Assembly: GCA_964497435.1 (NCBI GenBank)
Contig: CAZCCD010000001.1
Span: 87,009-151,008, forward strand
Length of the DNA: 64,000 nucleotides
Source: Candidatus Woesearchaeota archaeon
GTDB taxonomy: Archaea > Nanobdellota > Nanobdellia > Pacearchaeales > GW2011-AR1
Reading direction: 5' to 3'
Position 1 is the stretch's first letter, and every line of letters starts with the position of its first letter. The notes under the pieces were generated by a model. That model was not told the DNA's origin. It did not search any database and worked only from the letters and a program-made list of their open reading frames with translations. The translations under genes and the position numbers were made by a program. This document shows positions 37,801 to 46,010 of the stretch, piece by piece.

Positions 37801-40260
37801 CGTTGTAGACAAATCTGCAGGGGAGTTTAAAGTTAGAGTTGGAGGTGTTGTATCTCCTGCAACACTAACAGTAAGGGAGAAAGTGCTAGAGCTAGTGCAT
37901 TGTCCAATATTATCACATGCCCTCATAAACCAAGTATAAGCTCCATTACTAAGGATTGAATTAAAGTTATAATTAACACCATTAGCTCCTGATGTGTTTG
38001 TCTGATTCAAAACTCCATTTATGAACAAGCTCACATTAGTTATTCCAGTATCATCACCAACACTTCCCACAAAGTTAATTGAAGAGGCGGTGCTTGTAAA
38101 TCCATTTGTTGGAGAAATCAAGCTAACTACTGGAGGATTGTTTGGAACAGCTCCTCCAGTTCCCCACTGAACTTCAGTCATCCACATTACACTAGTATAA
38201 TTATTTAATGGATTAGACAATCTTATCCATCCCATATTTGCAGGCTGCCACAATCTTAAGCTTGTTGTTGAAACTTGGGAAAAGGCGTAGCTTGAGTTTG
38301 TAACATTATCATTAACTAAGTTATGTTGCGCAGTAGTATTCTGATAACTTCCACTACTGCTATTGAAGTATTGTATCCAAACTTGTTGCGAAACCATATA
38401 ATTCTGCCTGAAGGTATTCCACCCCCACCACATTGTAACATTTCCTATTGTCTGAGGCCCTGTTGTAAAGTTAACAGTAATCCAGTGAGGTCCGCTATTA
38501 TCTGTACCATAGCCACAAGAACCATCTCCTGTACAACTCCCCCATTGTTCTGATGATAATGTACTTGTCAAGACTCCATTAATTAAAACATCTTTGTTAT
38601 AAATAGGAGGAAGATTATAAGCGCTACTAACATTAACAATTACAGCTGGACCTCCTCCAGAAGCAACACTAAATGTGAAAGAATAATCATTAGTATTAAC
38701 ATTTCCAGCTGTATCATTGCATCTTACATAAGTTGTATAGCTGTTTCCATCAGTCAATCCTGATCTAGTACTTGTATGAGAGGTTGTTCCTGCTCCTGCA
38801 AAAGTATTTGTCATAGATGTATATGCAACTCCGGCTGTTGATGACCATTTGCACGTTGCTGCTTCGTTTGTTGCAACACTAATTGATGTAGATGTTGTTC
38901 CAGCTGCAAGAGTTCCTGTTGGCTGGCCGTTTGAAATTATTGGAGGTGTTGTATCTCCGCCAGCACTCACAGTCACACTCCCATCATCAACAATAGGAGT
39001 AATTGTCATAGCAGTATCGTTGTCAATTGTTGAATTAACCCAGATAACATTAGCCACATCTAAAAGAGAAGAGCCACCACCAACAGTACTGAAATTAACT
39101 ATTGCTAAAACTCCATCATCTGTATACAAACCAACATTACTGCTTCCATTTGTCTGGTTTCTTATATTATACATAGACAAGTTTCCAGGAGTCAAAGTAT
39201 AATCGAATAGAGTCACAGCCCCATCACTCCTTAATATAGGGCCTTCAGTTGGTGGAAGATTAACTGACAACACAGCTGGATTAAACAATAAGTCAAATTG
39301 CAATCCATAAATATCGCTGGCTGTAACAGGAGCCTGAATCTTTATGGAGACATTGAAAGTTGCAGGATGAGTTACAGTTTGTGTAGCAGGAGAAACATAA
39401 ACCCTGTCTTGGGAAATTAATTTCTGAACAGTTAAAAGAGGAGCACTGCTTTGGATATTAGTGGAAGGATTTGAAACCAAAACAGCATTAAAATAATATT
39501 CCGGAGGGTCTACTTCAGGAATGCCTTCTCCTTGCCATTCAGCTATCCATGTTGTAGATACCAAGCTTCCTGAAAAAACAGCATTTGCAGGATTTATTAA
39601 TACAGAATCGTCATCTCCAGGGAAAAAGTCATCCTCCCAAATCGTGAAGTTAACAGCTTGTCCAGCGCAAGAAGAAGTCCCGACAACAGTCAAAGTCACT
39701 AAATTTCCTTCTGTCGCTGATGTTGTGCTCCAATAAGCATTTGTAAATTGACAAGGAGTATTTGTAACAGAGCCATTAGTAACAGTGACTCCAGGAATTC
39801 CAACACTCTGATTTGTTATTGTTGAATTAACCCAGATAACATTAGCGAGATTTAGGGGAGAGGTTCCAGCAGAATTAAGTGTAAAGCTAAGAGTTGTAAA
39901 TAAATCATCAGGTGTATTAACTCCTGTTGTTGTTCCATTTCTTGAATTATAAACAGTCACAATTCCTGGAACAGATGAAAAAGTGAAAACAGTTGAAGGT
40001 GCTCCTGTTCCAAGAAGAGGTCCTTCAATCGGAGGAGGATTAAAAGTCAAGATGCTTGGATTATAAGTAAGATTATATTGGACAGCATAAACATCACTCC
40101 CTCCTGTTGGCGCTCTTCCTCTAACCTCGACATTAAAATTACTTCCAACATCAACACTTTGGGAAGGAGGATTAATATAAATTTCTACAGCAGAAACATA
40201 ACTGATTAGTGTAAAAAATATTACAAAGATAAAAAACAACATCCTCTCTTTTTTCTTCAT
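34858..40260 (-). CDS. giant (1800 aa) secreted scaffoldin-like protein with two cohesin-like modules, MopE-like Cys repeats and repeated Ig-like domains
   Basis: It has an N-terminal signal. Residues 24-165 and 286-431 have a cohesin-like pattern (VEIYINPPSQSVDVGSNFNVEVRG…YAVQYNLTYNPSILTF… / …NVSIKIQAP…YGLQFDLLFNPAVLSV…). There are several C..DNDGDGY…DCND…NPG..E.C.G.DDDC repeats and a ~95-aa domain shared with the 48781..53301 product. Confidence 0.55.
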   Translation of the reverse strand: MKKKERMLFFIFVIFFTLISYVSAVEIYINPPSQSVDVGSNFNVEVRGRAPTGGSDVYAVQYNLTYNPSILTFNPPPIEGPLLGTGAPSTVFTFSSVPGIVTVYNSRNGTTTGVNTPDDLFTTLSFTLNSAGTSPLNLANVIWVNSTITNQSVGIPGVTVTNGSVTNTPCQFTNAYWSTTSATEGNLVTLTVVGTSSCAGQAVNFTIWEDDFFPGDDDSVLINPANAVFSGSLVSTTWIAEWQGEGIPEVDPPEYYFNAVLVSNPSTNIQSSAPLLTVQKLISQDRVYVSPATQTVTHPATFNVSIKIQAPVTASDIYGLQFDLLFNPAVLSVNLPPTEGPILRSDGAVTLFDYTLTPGNLSMYNIRNQTNGSSNVGLYTDDGVLAIVNFSTVGGGSSLLDVANVIWVNSTIDNDTAMTITPIVDDGSVTVSAGGDTTPPIISNGQPTGTLAAGTTSTSISVATNEAATCKWSSTAGVAYTSMTNTFAGAGTTSHTSTRSGLTDGNSYTTYVRCNDTAGNVNTNDYSFTFSVASGGGPAVIVNVSSAYNLPPIYNKDVLINGVLTSTLSSEQWGSCTGDGSCGYGTDNSGPHWITVNFTTGPQTIGNVTMWWGWNTFRQNYMVSQQVWIQYFNSSSGSYQNTTAQHNLVNDNVTNSSYAFSQVSTTSLRLWQPANMGWIRLSNPLNNYTSVMWMTEVQWGTGGAVPNNPPVVSLISPTNGFTSTASSINFVGSVGDDTGITNVSLFINGVLNQTNTSGANGVNYNFNSILSNGAYTWFMRACDNIGQCTSSSTFSLTVSVAGDTTPPTLTLNSPADLSTTNNPLVTFSSTATDNVALLNVSLYVDGVFSQVNTSGINGVYLFSSTLSSGVHTWYVRACDTSSLCTTSSTRTITIDTTPPVRSNRQPVLDRVFPSGTTSVPFNLTTDETATCKYHPFPNQPYATMVATFSVTNGLFHGDNMPTADGQAYDIYVKCNDTVGNFNPDTDDYLINFSVAPTPIPSVDITSPLNLSTINNQNVTVVFNTVNWVVGGKGSNHIHFHVDGSADHLMFYNAPDNVVEFNQVVGPTPLATWINSNTVRINNLANGVHTIRTHLADPLHNPPPNPEAQETIQINILYCVDNDGDGYNQSASGCGIADCNDVNPSVNPGRNEICNGVDDDCNAGTSDGVNEPWYNQPTTCGVGQCSSTGVYTCSGGAQSSTCVPGTPSSETCDGLDNDCNGVNDNGGNSLCADSLWCNGDETCGGVSGCQAGTPVNCADSYSCTVDSCNESTDSCNNVENDALCSGGQVCNTVYFPPPTGCGVITACTGQPDGTACDDGLYCNGADRCQSQVCVDDGIPLNISDGVSCTVDSCNETTDTIEHPPNNAVCNNGLYCDGVEYCDSLLDCRSGTPVNCVNTDPYSCTVDSCNEATDACDIHTNDNSLCAPGETCDPIQFPAPTGCGLVVTCTDNDGDGYNVTGGSCGVVDCNDTVGIGATIYPGAPETCGDGIDNQCPGDSGYGQIDEGCPVGNCIVTNRYWSTTSATEGDLVDVVVEGNSDCNGQSVSFTVLEDDNILDEFIGGADDPATFNPNNVTFVNGVARSVWQAEWQDDGLLGLNGDPEYYFRANIQGVNYESPRGAGLLRVVLSQKRYEIRSVPLQTGKNSFSLPLIVDNTSVENVFKDIRSNVDTVYTYDNGFKIYHFDGRPSNLFNLEVGKGYFVFMNTPANLVINGSKRQGDLTRPTISLNPGWNLIGTFSNPYQASQILGGVSYTYLYTYNPLTGNYDSVNPTDNLQGERAYWIYVNNQSTIIPITGFSVENG
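38968..39405 (-). other. cohesin-like module 2 of the scaffoldin-like protein
   Basis: It is an internal repeat of module 1: ATFNVSIKIQAPVTASDIYGLQFDLLFNPAVLSVN…LAIVNFSTVGGGSSLLDVANVIWVNSTI versus …TLSFTLNSAGTSPLNLANVIWVNSTI. Confidence 0.45.
39766..40191 (-). other. cohesin-like module 1 of the scaffoldin-like protein
   Basis: The pattern V.I.…v.vG..fnV.V.…vya.q..L.YnP..L.f……G.l………dlfttl.F.l..aG.s.l is comparable to clostridial cohesin jelly-rolls (…DFVYSYDPNVLEI…). Confidence 0.45.
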
Positions 40261-40350
40261 ATTCTACCTCTTATATATTATATTAATAGTGGAAATTTCC
40301 CTTTATTAATCTTATTGTCTTATAACTTATCTATTAATAAAACTACAATG

Positions 40351-43300
40351 TTAACAATTCTGCCACATATTATTTCTGACTTGAGTGACGTCATTAAAAT
40401 TTATTTGTCCATTTGAATCAATATCCAGCTTTGAATTAACAGAACTTGGATTTCCTTGATTGAAAACAGCTAATGCTAAATCTAATATGTTTACTTTATT
40501 GTCAGAATTAACATCTGCTCCATTGCATCCTGGAGGTTGAGTTGTTGATAACTGATCTAAAGCCTCGCCAATTTGAATTCTCCAGTTTTTGTAAGCATTA
40601 GGATCTTTGTTGAAATTTGTAACATTATTTCTGTCGACAATTGGAACTGATAAAAGAGGATTGTTTGAATCTCTAGCTTCAAGCAAATACAAACTTTCCA
40701 AATCCTCAATACCATCTCTAAAACTTTCATATCTTAAAGAACTATAAACATCTCTATTTACTCCTGGATAAACTAACAAACCATCTAAAGATCTTGAAGG
40801 GTTTGCAGAATTAACATTCCAATTAACTCTTAACTCATTACTTGGAATTGAATAATAATTTGAAAAACTCCATGTTGAAAAAATCTGCCAGTATTCAAAT
40901 CCTTGAATGTTATATCTATAAGATAAAGGTCCCATGATTCTCGCATTTATTAATTCCATGTCAACAAATAAATTTGGTGGAGAATCTGGCCAAATATTCA
41001 CGTTCCACCAAAAATCCTGAAATTGAGATGGATAAGTTGTCCTGTAAAAATCAGAGTTAGTTACTTGATACCATCCGAGATTTATATCGATTGCATCAAA
41101 AAATCCTCTCAAGGTTTCTAAGATTGCGTTGTTGTTTTGGTTTGTGTTTTGCATAAAAGGAATATCATTTGCAACATTATTTTTTATAAAAGTGTAAGTT
41201 TGTTTTGCATGATCAACTTGTGTGCCCCATGGTTCATCAAGACCATAAACATAACTTATATTTAGTAAATTGTCTCCTCTGAAATTCAAGTAATTTCTAT
41301 AATCAGTTAAATAAGTCCTCAACTGATTTTCTCTTGTTGTTATTACACTTGGGTTTGAATCTTCATAAATGTCTCCTGTGTAAGCTGTGAAGAAATGATT
41401 CGCACCTTTATTTAACATATAATCAATTAAAATTCCTGTCCTTGTAGAATTGAAAACCCCTGAATCATGAGTTGGGTATCCATAGCCGCTTGAACTTCCG
41501 TAACTCCAAAAGCTTGAGGCCATTCCCCAGACAGGTGGTAATCTATTTTTAAATCCTAACTCAGAGACTTTCATCATCTGATTCCATCTGTCATTTGTAG
41601 TCAGGCCAGACCACATTGCATTGAGAGTTCCCCATTGAAAAAAAGATGTTGTCTTGAATTTTCCTTTTTGAGGTATTTCAAAATTCCAGATTTTCACATT
41701 TATCGTTGCTGTGTCTTTAACAACACCATTCTCTTTAATTGTAATTGTTCCTGTGTAATTTCCTGCTTTAGTTGTATTTAAAGAATAAACAGTAATTAAA
41801 TAAGGCTGTAAAACATTGTTTGTTAAATTCAAAACCTGATTTGGAAGAAGCGGATCTGGCTGCCATCCTGCTCTTCCTCTGCTTGATTGAATTAAATTAA
41901 CATAGCCAACAGGATTTATTTCAATATCAGAAAAAGGAATTGTTTCAATGCCATCGATTTTCTGTAAATTTGAAACAGAAACCTCGACATTCTGTAAATT
42001 TGCACTCGGGAAAATAACAAGCTGTGTTGCCTCGTAATCATTTTTTGCCATGTAAACCTGTGTGTTTTTTGTCATTGTTCCATTAAAGTCATTTGGAGCT
42101 TCAAAGTAAACTTTGTCTAGAGAATCTGTAAAACCAATTGTGAAGTTTGGAGACGAAGACGCTGAAACATATTCATAAGCTCCGATGTCTGGGGCAGAAC
42201 CATACCATAATTTACAACCTGTTTGTGTCGGATCTATTGATGCTGAAACATTACAATGATATCCTGGGACAATTGTTCCGTTGTCGATGGCTGGAGAGCC
42301 TGCTTGAAGTCTAAAATTATTATTAACCGCGTCAACAAATAATGGATTTGCTTGAACATCATTGTCACCATAAAGGGTATTTGCTCTCCATTCAGTTATG
42401 TTCCAAAGGTTGTATGTCCCGCCTATTTTCCATTGGATTACTTTATCATTGGCAGAATTATAATAGAGGTTATAGTTTTCCGCGAAATCATAAAGCTGAG
42501 TGGAGACATCATTAACTGGCGAGAATAATTGATAATTAGAATTCATACCGATGTTATTTAAAAAACTCAAATTCCCCATTAACCCATTTCCATTATAAAA
42601 ATAAAGAGAGTACCCCCTATCACATCCATAAACAACATTATTGAAAAATTTAGCACCATAAAGATTTATATCTTTTCCAGTGTCGCTAGAAGGAAGCATT
42701 CCGGAATCACCGCAACCATAGATAACATTTTCATAAATATCTGAAGAACCGAGAGCATATCCACCTATTCCCCAATCTGAATTGTAAATAATGTTTCTTC
42801 TGAAGACATTGTTTCTAATTGGTCCTATTCCAGTATCATCACCCTTCATTCTTATTCCCCATCCATTATCATGAATAATATTTTCTTCTACTATTGAATC
42901 TTTGGCGCTATATGCCCCAACCCCGTATGTATTAAATGTAGCTCTAGGAGAATTTGGTCCTGCAAAATCGTCATCTTCCCAATTTCTGTAGATTTCACAG
43001 CCTTTAACAGTTATGTTGTATGAATTCCCACCATAAGCCATCATAACCCCCCCATTATTATTTTGCCCATAAACAACAGTGTCATGAATAGAACAATTCT
43101 TTATAGTTATCATGAAACTTCCAGTTGTCCACACACCCCTATACCCTCCACTGATTTCTACTCCATCAATAATTATCCATTGTTTTGAAGCCAAATATAC
43201 TGCGGCTCTAAGATTAGATAAAGAAGAATTTCCAAGAAAAATAGGTCTTGCATAATTTGGATGTGCTTTGTAAGTAATATAGTTTCCTGGTGTTCCAGAG

Positions 43301-43611
43301 TTCATATTTGGAGAACATAAAACACCACAACGAATAGGATATCCTAATGCATTCATTCCATCTGTAGTGTCTGTATAATAGGGTTGTCCAGGATTCTCCT
43401 CATAATAAGTTCCACCCATAATAAGAACAGTGTCTCCTGCAACCATTGTTGTTGAGGCCTTGTATATGGTTCTCCAAGGAACACTCTCAGTTAATCCATT
43501 ATTAGAATCATCCCCGCTGTTGGAAACATAATAAGTTGCAGCAGAAACAGAATTTAGATTTACGAATAAAAATAACGATGCAACAATTATCATCAAACTC
43601 TTTTTTAACAT
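40351..43611 (-). CDS. secreted right-handed beta-helix protein (1086 aa) with C-terminal dockerin-like module (type A)
   Basis: It has a signal peptide and PbH1-type repeats (IHDNGWGIRMKGDD…NNVFRRNIIYNS…YENVIYGC). The C-terminal module reads CNGADVNSDNKVNILDLALAVFNQG…LDIDSNGQINFNDVTQVRNNMWQNC. Its start overlaps the stop of the 43605..44765 gene. Confidence 0.6.
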   Translation of the reverse strand: MLKKSLMIIVASLFLFVNLNSVSAATYYVSNSGDDSNNGLTESVPWRTIYKASTTMVAGDTVLIMGGTYYEENPGQPYYTDTTDGMNALGYPIRCGVLCSPNMNSGTPGNYITYKAHPNYARPIFLGNSSLSNLRAAVYLASKQWIIIDGVEISGGYRGVWTTGSFMITIKNCSIHDTVVYGQNNNGGVMMAYGGNSYNITVKGCEIYRNWEDDDFAGPNSPRATFNTYGVGAYSAKDSIVEENIIHDNGWGIRMKGDDTGIGPIRNNVFRRNIIYNSDWGIGGYALGSSDIYENVIYGCGDSGMLPSSDTGKDINLYGAKFFNNVVYGCDRGYSLYFYNGNGLMGNLSFLNNIGMNSNYQLFSPVNDVSTQLYDFAENYNLYYNSANDKVIQWKIGGTYNLWNITEWRANTLYGDNDVQANPLFVDAVNNNFRLQAGSPAIDNGTIVPGYHCNVSASIDPTQTGCKLWYGSAPDIGAYEYVSASSSPNFTIGFTDSLDKVYFEAPNDFNGTMTKNTQVYMAKNDYEATQLVIFPSANLQNVEVSVSNLQKIDGIETIPFSDIEINPVGYVNLIQSSRGRAGWQPDPLLPNQVLNLTNNVLQPYLITVYSLNTTKAGNYTGTITIKENGVVKDTATINVKIWNFEIPQKGKFKTTSFFQWGTLNAMWSGLTTNDRWNQMMKVSELGFKNRLPPVWGMASSFWSYGSSSGYGYPTHDSGVFNSTRTGILIDYMLNKGANHFFTAYTGDIYEDSNPSVITTRENQLRTYLTDYRNYLNFRGDNLLNISYVYGLDEPWGTQVDHAKQTYTFIKNNVANDIPFMQNTNQNNNAILETLRGFFDAIDINLGWYQVTNSDFYRTTYPSQFQDFWWNVNIWPDSPPNLFVDMELINARIMGPLSYRYNIQGFEYWQIFSTWSFSNYYSIPSNELRVNWNVNSANPSRSLDGLLVYPGVNRDVYSSLRYESFRDGIEDLESLYLLEARDSNNPLLSVPIVDRNNVTNFNKDPNAYKNWRIQIGEALDQLSTTQPPGCNGADVNSDNKVNILDLALAVFNQGNPSSVNSKLDIDSNGQINFNDVTQVRNNMWQNC

Positions 43612-44765
43612 GTTTGTCCTATATTTGAAATTACATTGTTTACATCATCAAAGTTAATAAAGCCGCTACTATCAATATCTAAATGCCCTCTTCCTGTTAA
43701 TGGTTGTCCTTGATTATAAATTACTAAAGCTAGATCAATTATATTAACAATTAAATCGTCATTCACATCTGTTTGCGCACATGTTATTGAACTTAAAGGC
43801 TCTATACATCCAATATAATCTGTAGCGACGACAAAATCATCAAAGTAAACTATGTTTTCTGTTGGGTAAGAAGCAGGTATTCCATTAAACCACCATTCAA
43901 GGTCAACCCTATTTAGTTTTAAACTGGAAATAGTTCTCCAGTTGTATCCTGGCCAAGAAATTATTGGCTGCCCTCCCCATCCAACCCATCCCCCAAATGT
44001 AAAGAATTTTTCTCTTATCCAGCTTCCATTAACAGAGTTGGTTGAATAATTTCCAACTAACTGATTATTAACCCAAAAAACCTGCTCTCCGTCATATTGA
44101 TTTGGAGTGTTTGCTTTTAATCTAGCTTCTATACAATACCACCTGTCTTTTTGTATTATTTCTGTTTGGTAGGGAGTAAATATATTTCCATAAAAACTTG
44201 TTCCAGAACCATCAATATTTTGCCATGAATGCATTTCCTGCCAGTATGTATAAAACATCCAATATCTTGTTCCAGGAGGGTAATCTGAATCCAAACCGCC
44301 ATAATCAACAGGCTCTAAACTGCTCCAGAATGCCTGATTACCTGCGGGCCTTGAGCCAGCACTTCCATCATTAGCAGCTATACCCCCCATATGTGCCGGC
44401 CATCCTGTATCATTCTTAAATCTAATATAATATCTAACATAAACATCATCTTGACCAGAAATATATCTATGAATTGTCCCTCCTTCATTCGCCCCCTTAG
44501 TCGCGGTATCTTTAAGAGAATAATTTCCATGATTTACAACTGAAGAATTCGATTCATAAGAAAAACAGCCAGAGCACTCTCTATACTGCCATCCATGATT
44601 TGTTAAAACAGGATCAGCATGTTCAAAATTATCATGAAATAAAACTCTCGGATCATTTCCAATTCCAATGTCTCCAGGATACAATGAAGAAATTCCTGCT
44701 GAAACATTTTGAGATAAACTTACAACTAACATCAAAGCAAAAATCAACAATAAACCTCTTTTCAT
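43605..44765 (-). CDS. secreted protein with C-terminal dockerin-like module (type A); jelly-roll/lectin-like body
   Basis: Its signal peptide (MKRGLLLIFALMLVVSLSQNVSA) is nearly identical to that of the 46011..47819 product. The C-terminus reads CAQTDVNDDLIVNIIDLALVIYNQGQPLTGRGHLDIDSSGFINFDDV…GQTC. Confidence 0.5.
   Translation of the reverse strand: MKRGLLLIFALMLVVSLSQNVSAGISSLYPGDIGIGNDPRVLFHDNFEHADPVLTNHGWQYRECSGCFSYESNSSVVNHGNYSLKDTATKGANEGGTIHRYISGQDDVYVRYYIRFKNDTGWPAHMGGIAANDGSAGSRPAGNQAFWSSLEPVDYGGLDSDYPPGTRYWMFYTYWQEMHSWQNIDGSGTSFYGNIFTPYQTEIIQKDRWYCIEARLKANTPNQYDGEQVFWVNNQLVGNYSTNSVNGSWIREKFFTFGGWVGWGGQPIISWPGYNWRTISSLKLNRVDLEWWFNGIPASYPTENIVYFDDFVVATDYIGCIEPLSSITCAQTDVNDDLIVNIIDLALVIYNQGQPLTGRGHLDIDSSGFINFDDVNNVISNIGQTC
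44706..44765 (-). repeat. ~60-nt segment identical to 47761-47819 (5' ends/signal-peptide coding of two dockerin genes)
   Basis: 'ttttgagataaa(c/t)ttacaactaacatcaaagcaaaaatcaacaataaacctcttttcat' is present at both loci. It points to a recent duplication of the signal-peptide region (MKRGLLLIFALMLVV.LSQN.SA). Confidence 0.6.
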
Positions 44766-44845
44766 TTTATTTTTTAATTACTAATACCAAGCTCCCCCTT
44801 ATAAGTATTTCTGTAAGTTTTATTCTTTCTCATATTAACACCTTT

Positions 44846-45385
44846 TTATCCTAATAATTTTTTCATCTCAAATACAAATGTTTTCGCTCTATCTAATGAA
44901 GTCATGGCTTTTGACTTTTTAATTTGTTCGTCCATTTGATACTGAAATTTTGAACGTTTCTCTCTTTCATAATCAAATGATTGTAAAAGCGAATCTGCTT
45001 TCGAAGAGATTAGCTCCATGGCATCATCTTTTATATTCTCATACTCTTCGATTAACCCTTTTTTTAATTTGTCTCTTACAAAGACTATCAAAGCGTCACT
45101 AGTTATTTTATGGCTTATCTTATCTCCTACTTTATATCCAATTTTAAGCAACACTGCGTTGGCAATGTAGTACATAGCATAGTAAGATGAAACAATTATC
45201 CATAAATAGGGTTTATAAGTATCTGTTTCAAGAGTTAGGAGTTTTTGTGTTGTTTCTAATGAATTGTTGCTGTTCTCTACGTACATTTGTCTTGCTGTTT
45301 CGTTTTTTTGCTTCTTTAATAGACTCTCTTCTAAATATCTTTTTACATTTGATTCAGCTTCCTTAATTCTTTCTTTGCTAAGCAT
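44846..45385 (-). CDS. HEPN-like protein (partner of the adjacent MNT)
   Basis: It is all-helical, with 'YYAMYYIANAVLLKIGYKVGDKISHK' as a possible HEPN R/Kx4-6H region. It overlaps the upstream MNT gene by 8 nt. Confidence 0.3.
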   Translation of the reverse strand: MLSKERIKEAESNVKRYLEESLLKKQKNETARQMYVENSNNSLETTQKLLTLETDTYKPYLWIIVSSYYAMYYIANAVLLKIGYKVGDKISHKITSDALIVFVRDKLKKGLIEEYENIKDDAMELISSKADSLLQSFDYEREKRSKFQYQMDEQIKKSKAMTSLDRAKTFVFEMKKLLG

Positions 45386-45953
45386 TTTTTAACCTATAAT
45401 AATGTTCTATTCCATATAAGATTATATTATTATCTATTGCTTCTTGAACAACATTGGTTTTTTTAGAATCTTTCATCCTAATAAATTCCTCTTCACTAAA
45501 CACTAAAACATGAGTCTTAATAGGCAGTAATGAAAGGAGATTAGATATTTTTTCTTCGAAATTCTTTTCATTCGAGATAAACATTATATCTATATCTGAG
45601 GATTTAGTTGACTTTTTTTTTGCATATGAACCAAATATCAAGAAAATAAAAGAATTAACCTTTATCTCAGACATTATTTCCTTGTACAATTGTTTAATAT
45701 CTTTATTCTTAAGCAAGGTTTCCTTTCTCTCATTTTCTGCTTTGTATATCTCAATACCATAATAAGAACCATTTAACTCACATAGTGTGCTTTTTCCAAC
45801 ATTTTTTGATAAAAGAATCCTTTTACTTAACAGCTTCTGTGTGGCTATGTATGTTATCTTATAATCTGCTTTAATTTTTTTTGAAATTTCTCTAATGGTT
45901 TTAGGTTCTTTCTCTTCTATAAATAAGATTATTATTTTATTTTCTGTTTTCAT
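45378..45953 (-). CDS. winged-HTH + minimal nucleotidyltransferase (MNT) protein, paralog of the 350..934 product
   Basis: 'IFGSYAKKKSTKSSDIDIMFIS' is the NTase motif. The N-terminal wHTH is similar to the 350..934 protein. Confidence 0.5.
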   Translation of the reverse strand: MKTENKIIILFIEEKEPKTIREISKKIKADYKITYIATQKLLSKRILLSKNVGKSTLCELNGSYYGIEIYKAENERKETLLKNKDIKQLYKEIMSEIKVNSFIFLIFGSYAKKKSTKSSDIDIMFISNEKNFEEKISNLLSLLPIKTHVLVFSEEEFIRMKDSKKTNVVQEAIDNNIILYGIEHYYRLKNA

Positions 45954-46010
45954 TATGTATATATATACATAATATTATGTATTTAAACTTTTCTAACAAC
46001 TCTCAGTATC

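Noticed and set aside
35546-40000. Multiple short + strand ORFs (35546..35767, 35785..35994, 35964..36239, 37694..37939, 38323..38553, 38849..39202, 39521..39736) inside the scaffoldin gene
   Set aside because: They are antisense to a 1800-aa ORF with clear domain structure and have no motifs. This is typical spurious-ORF noise in a long gene.
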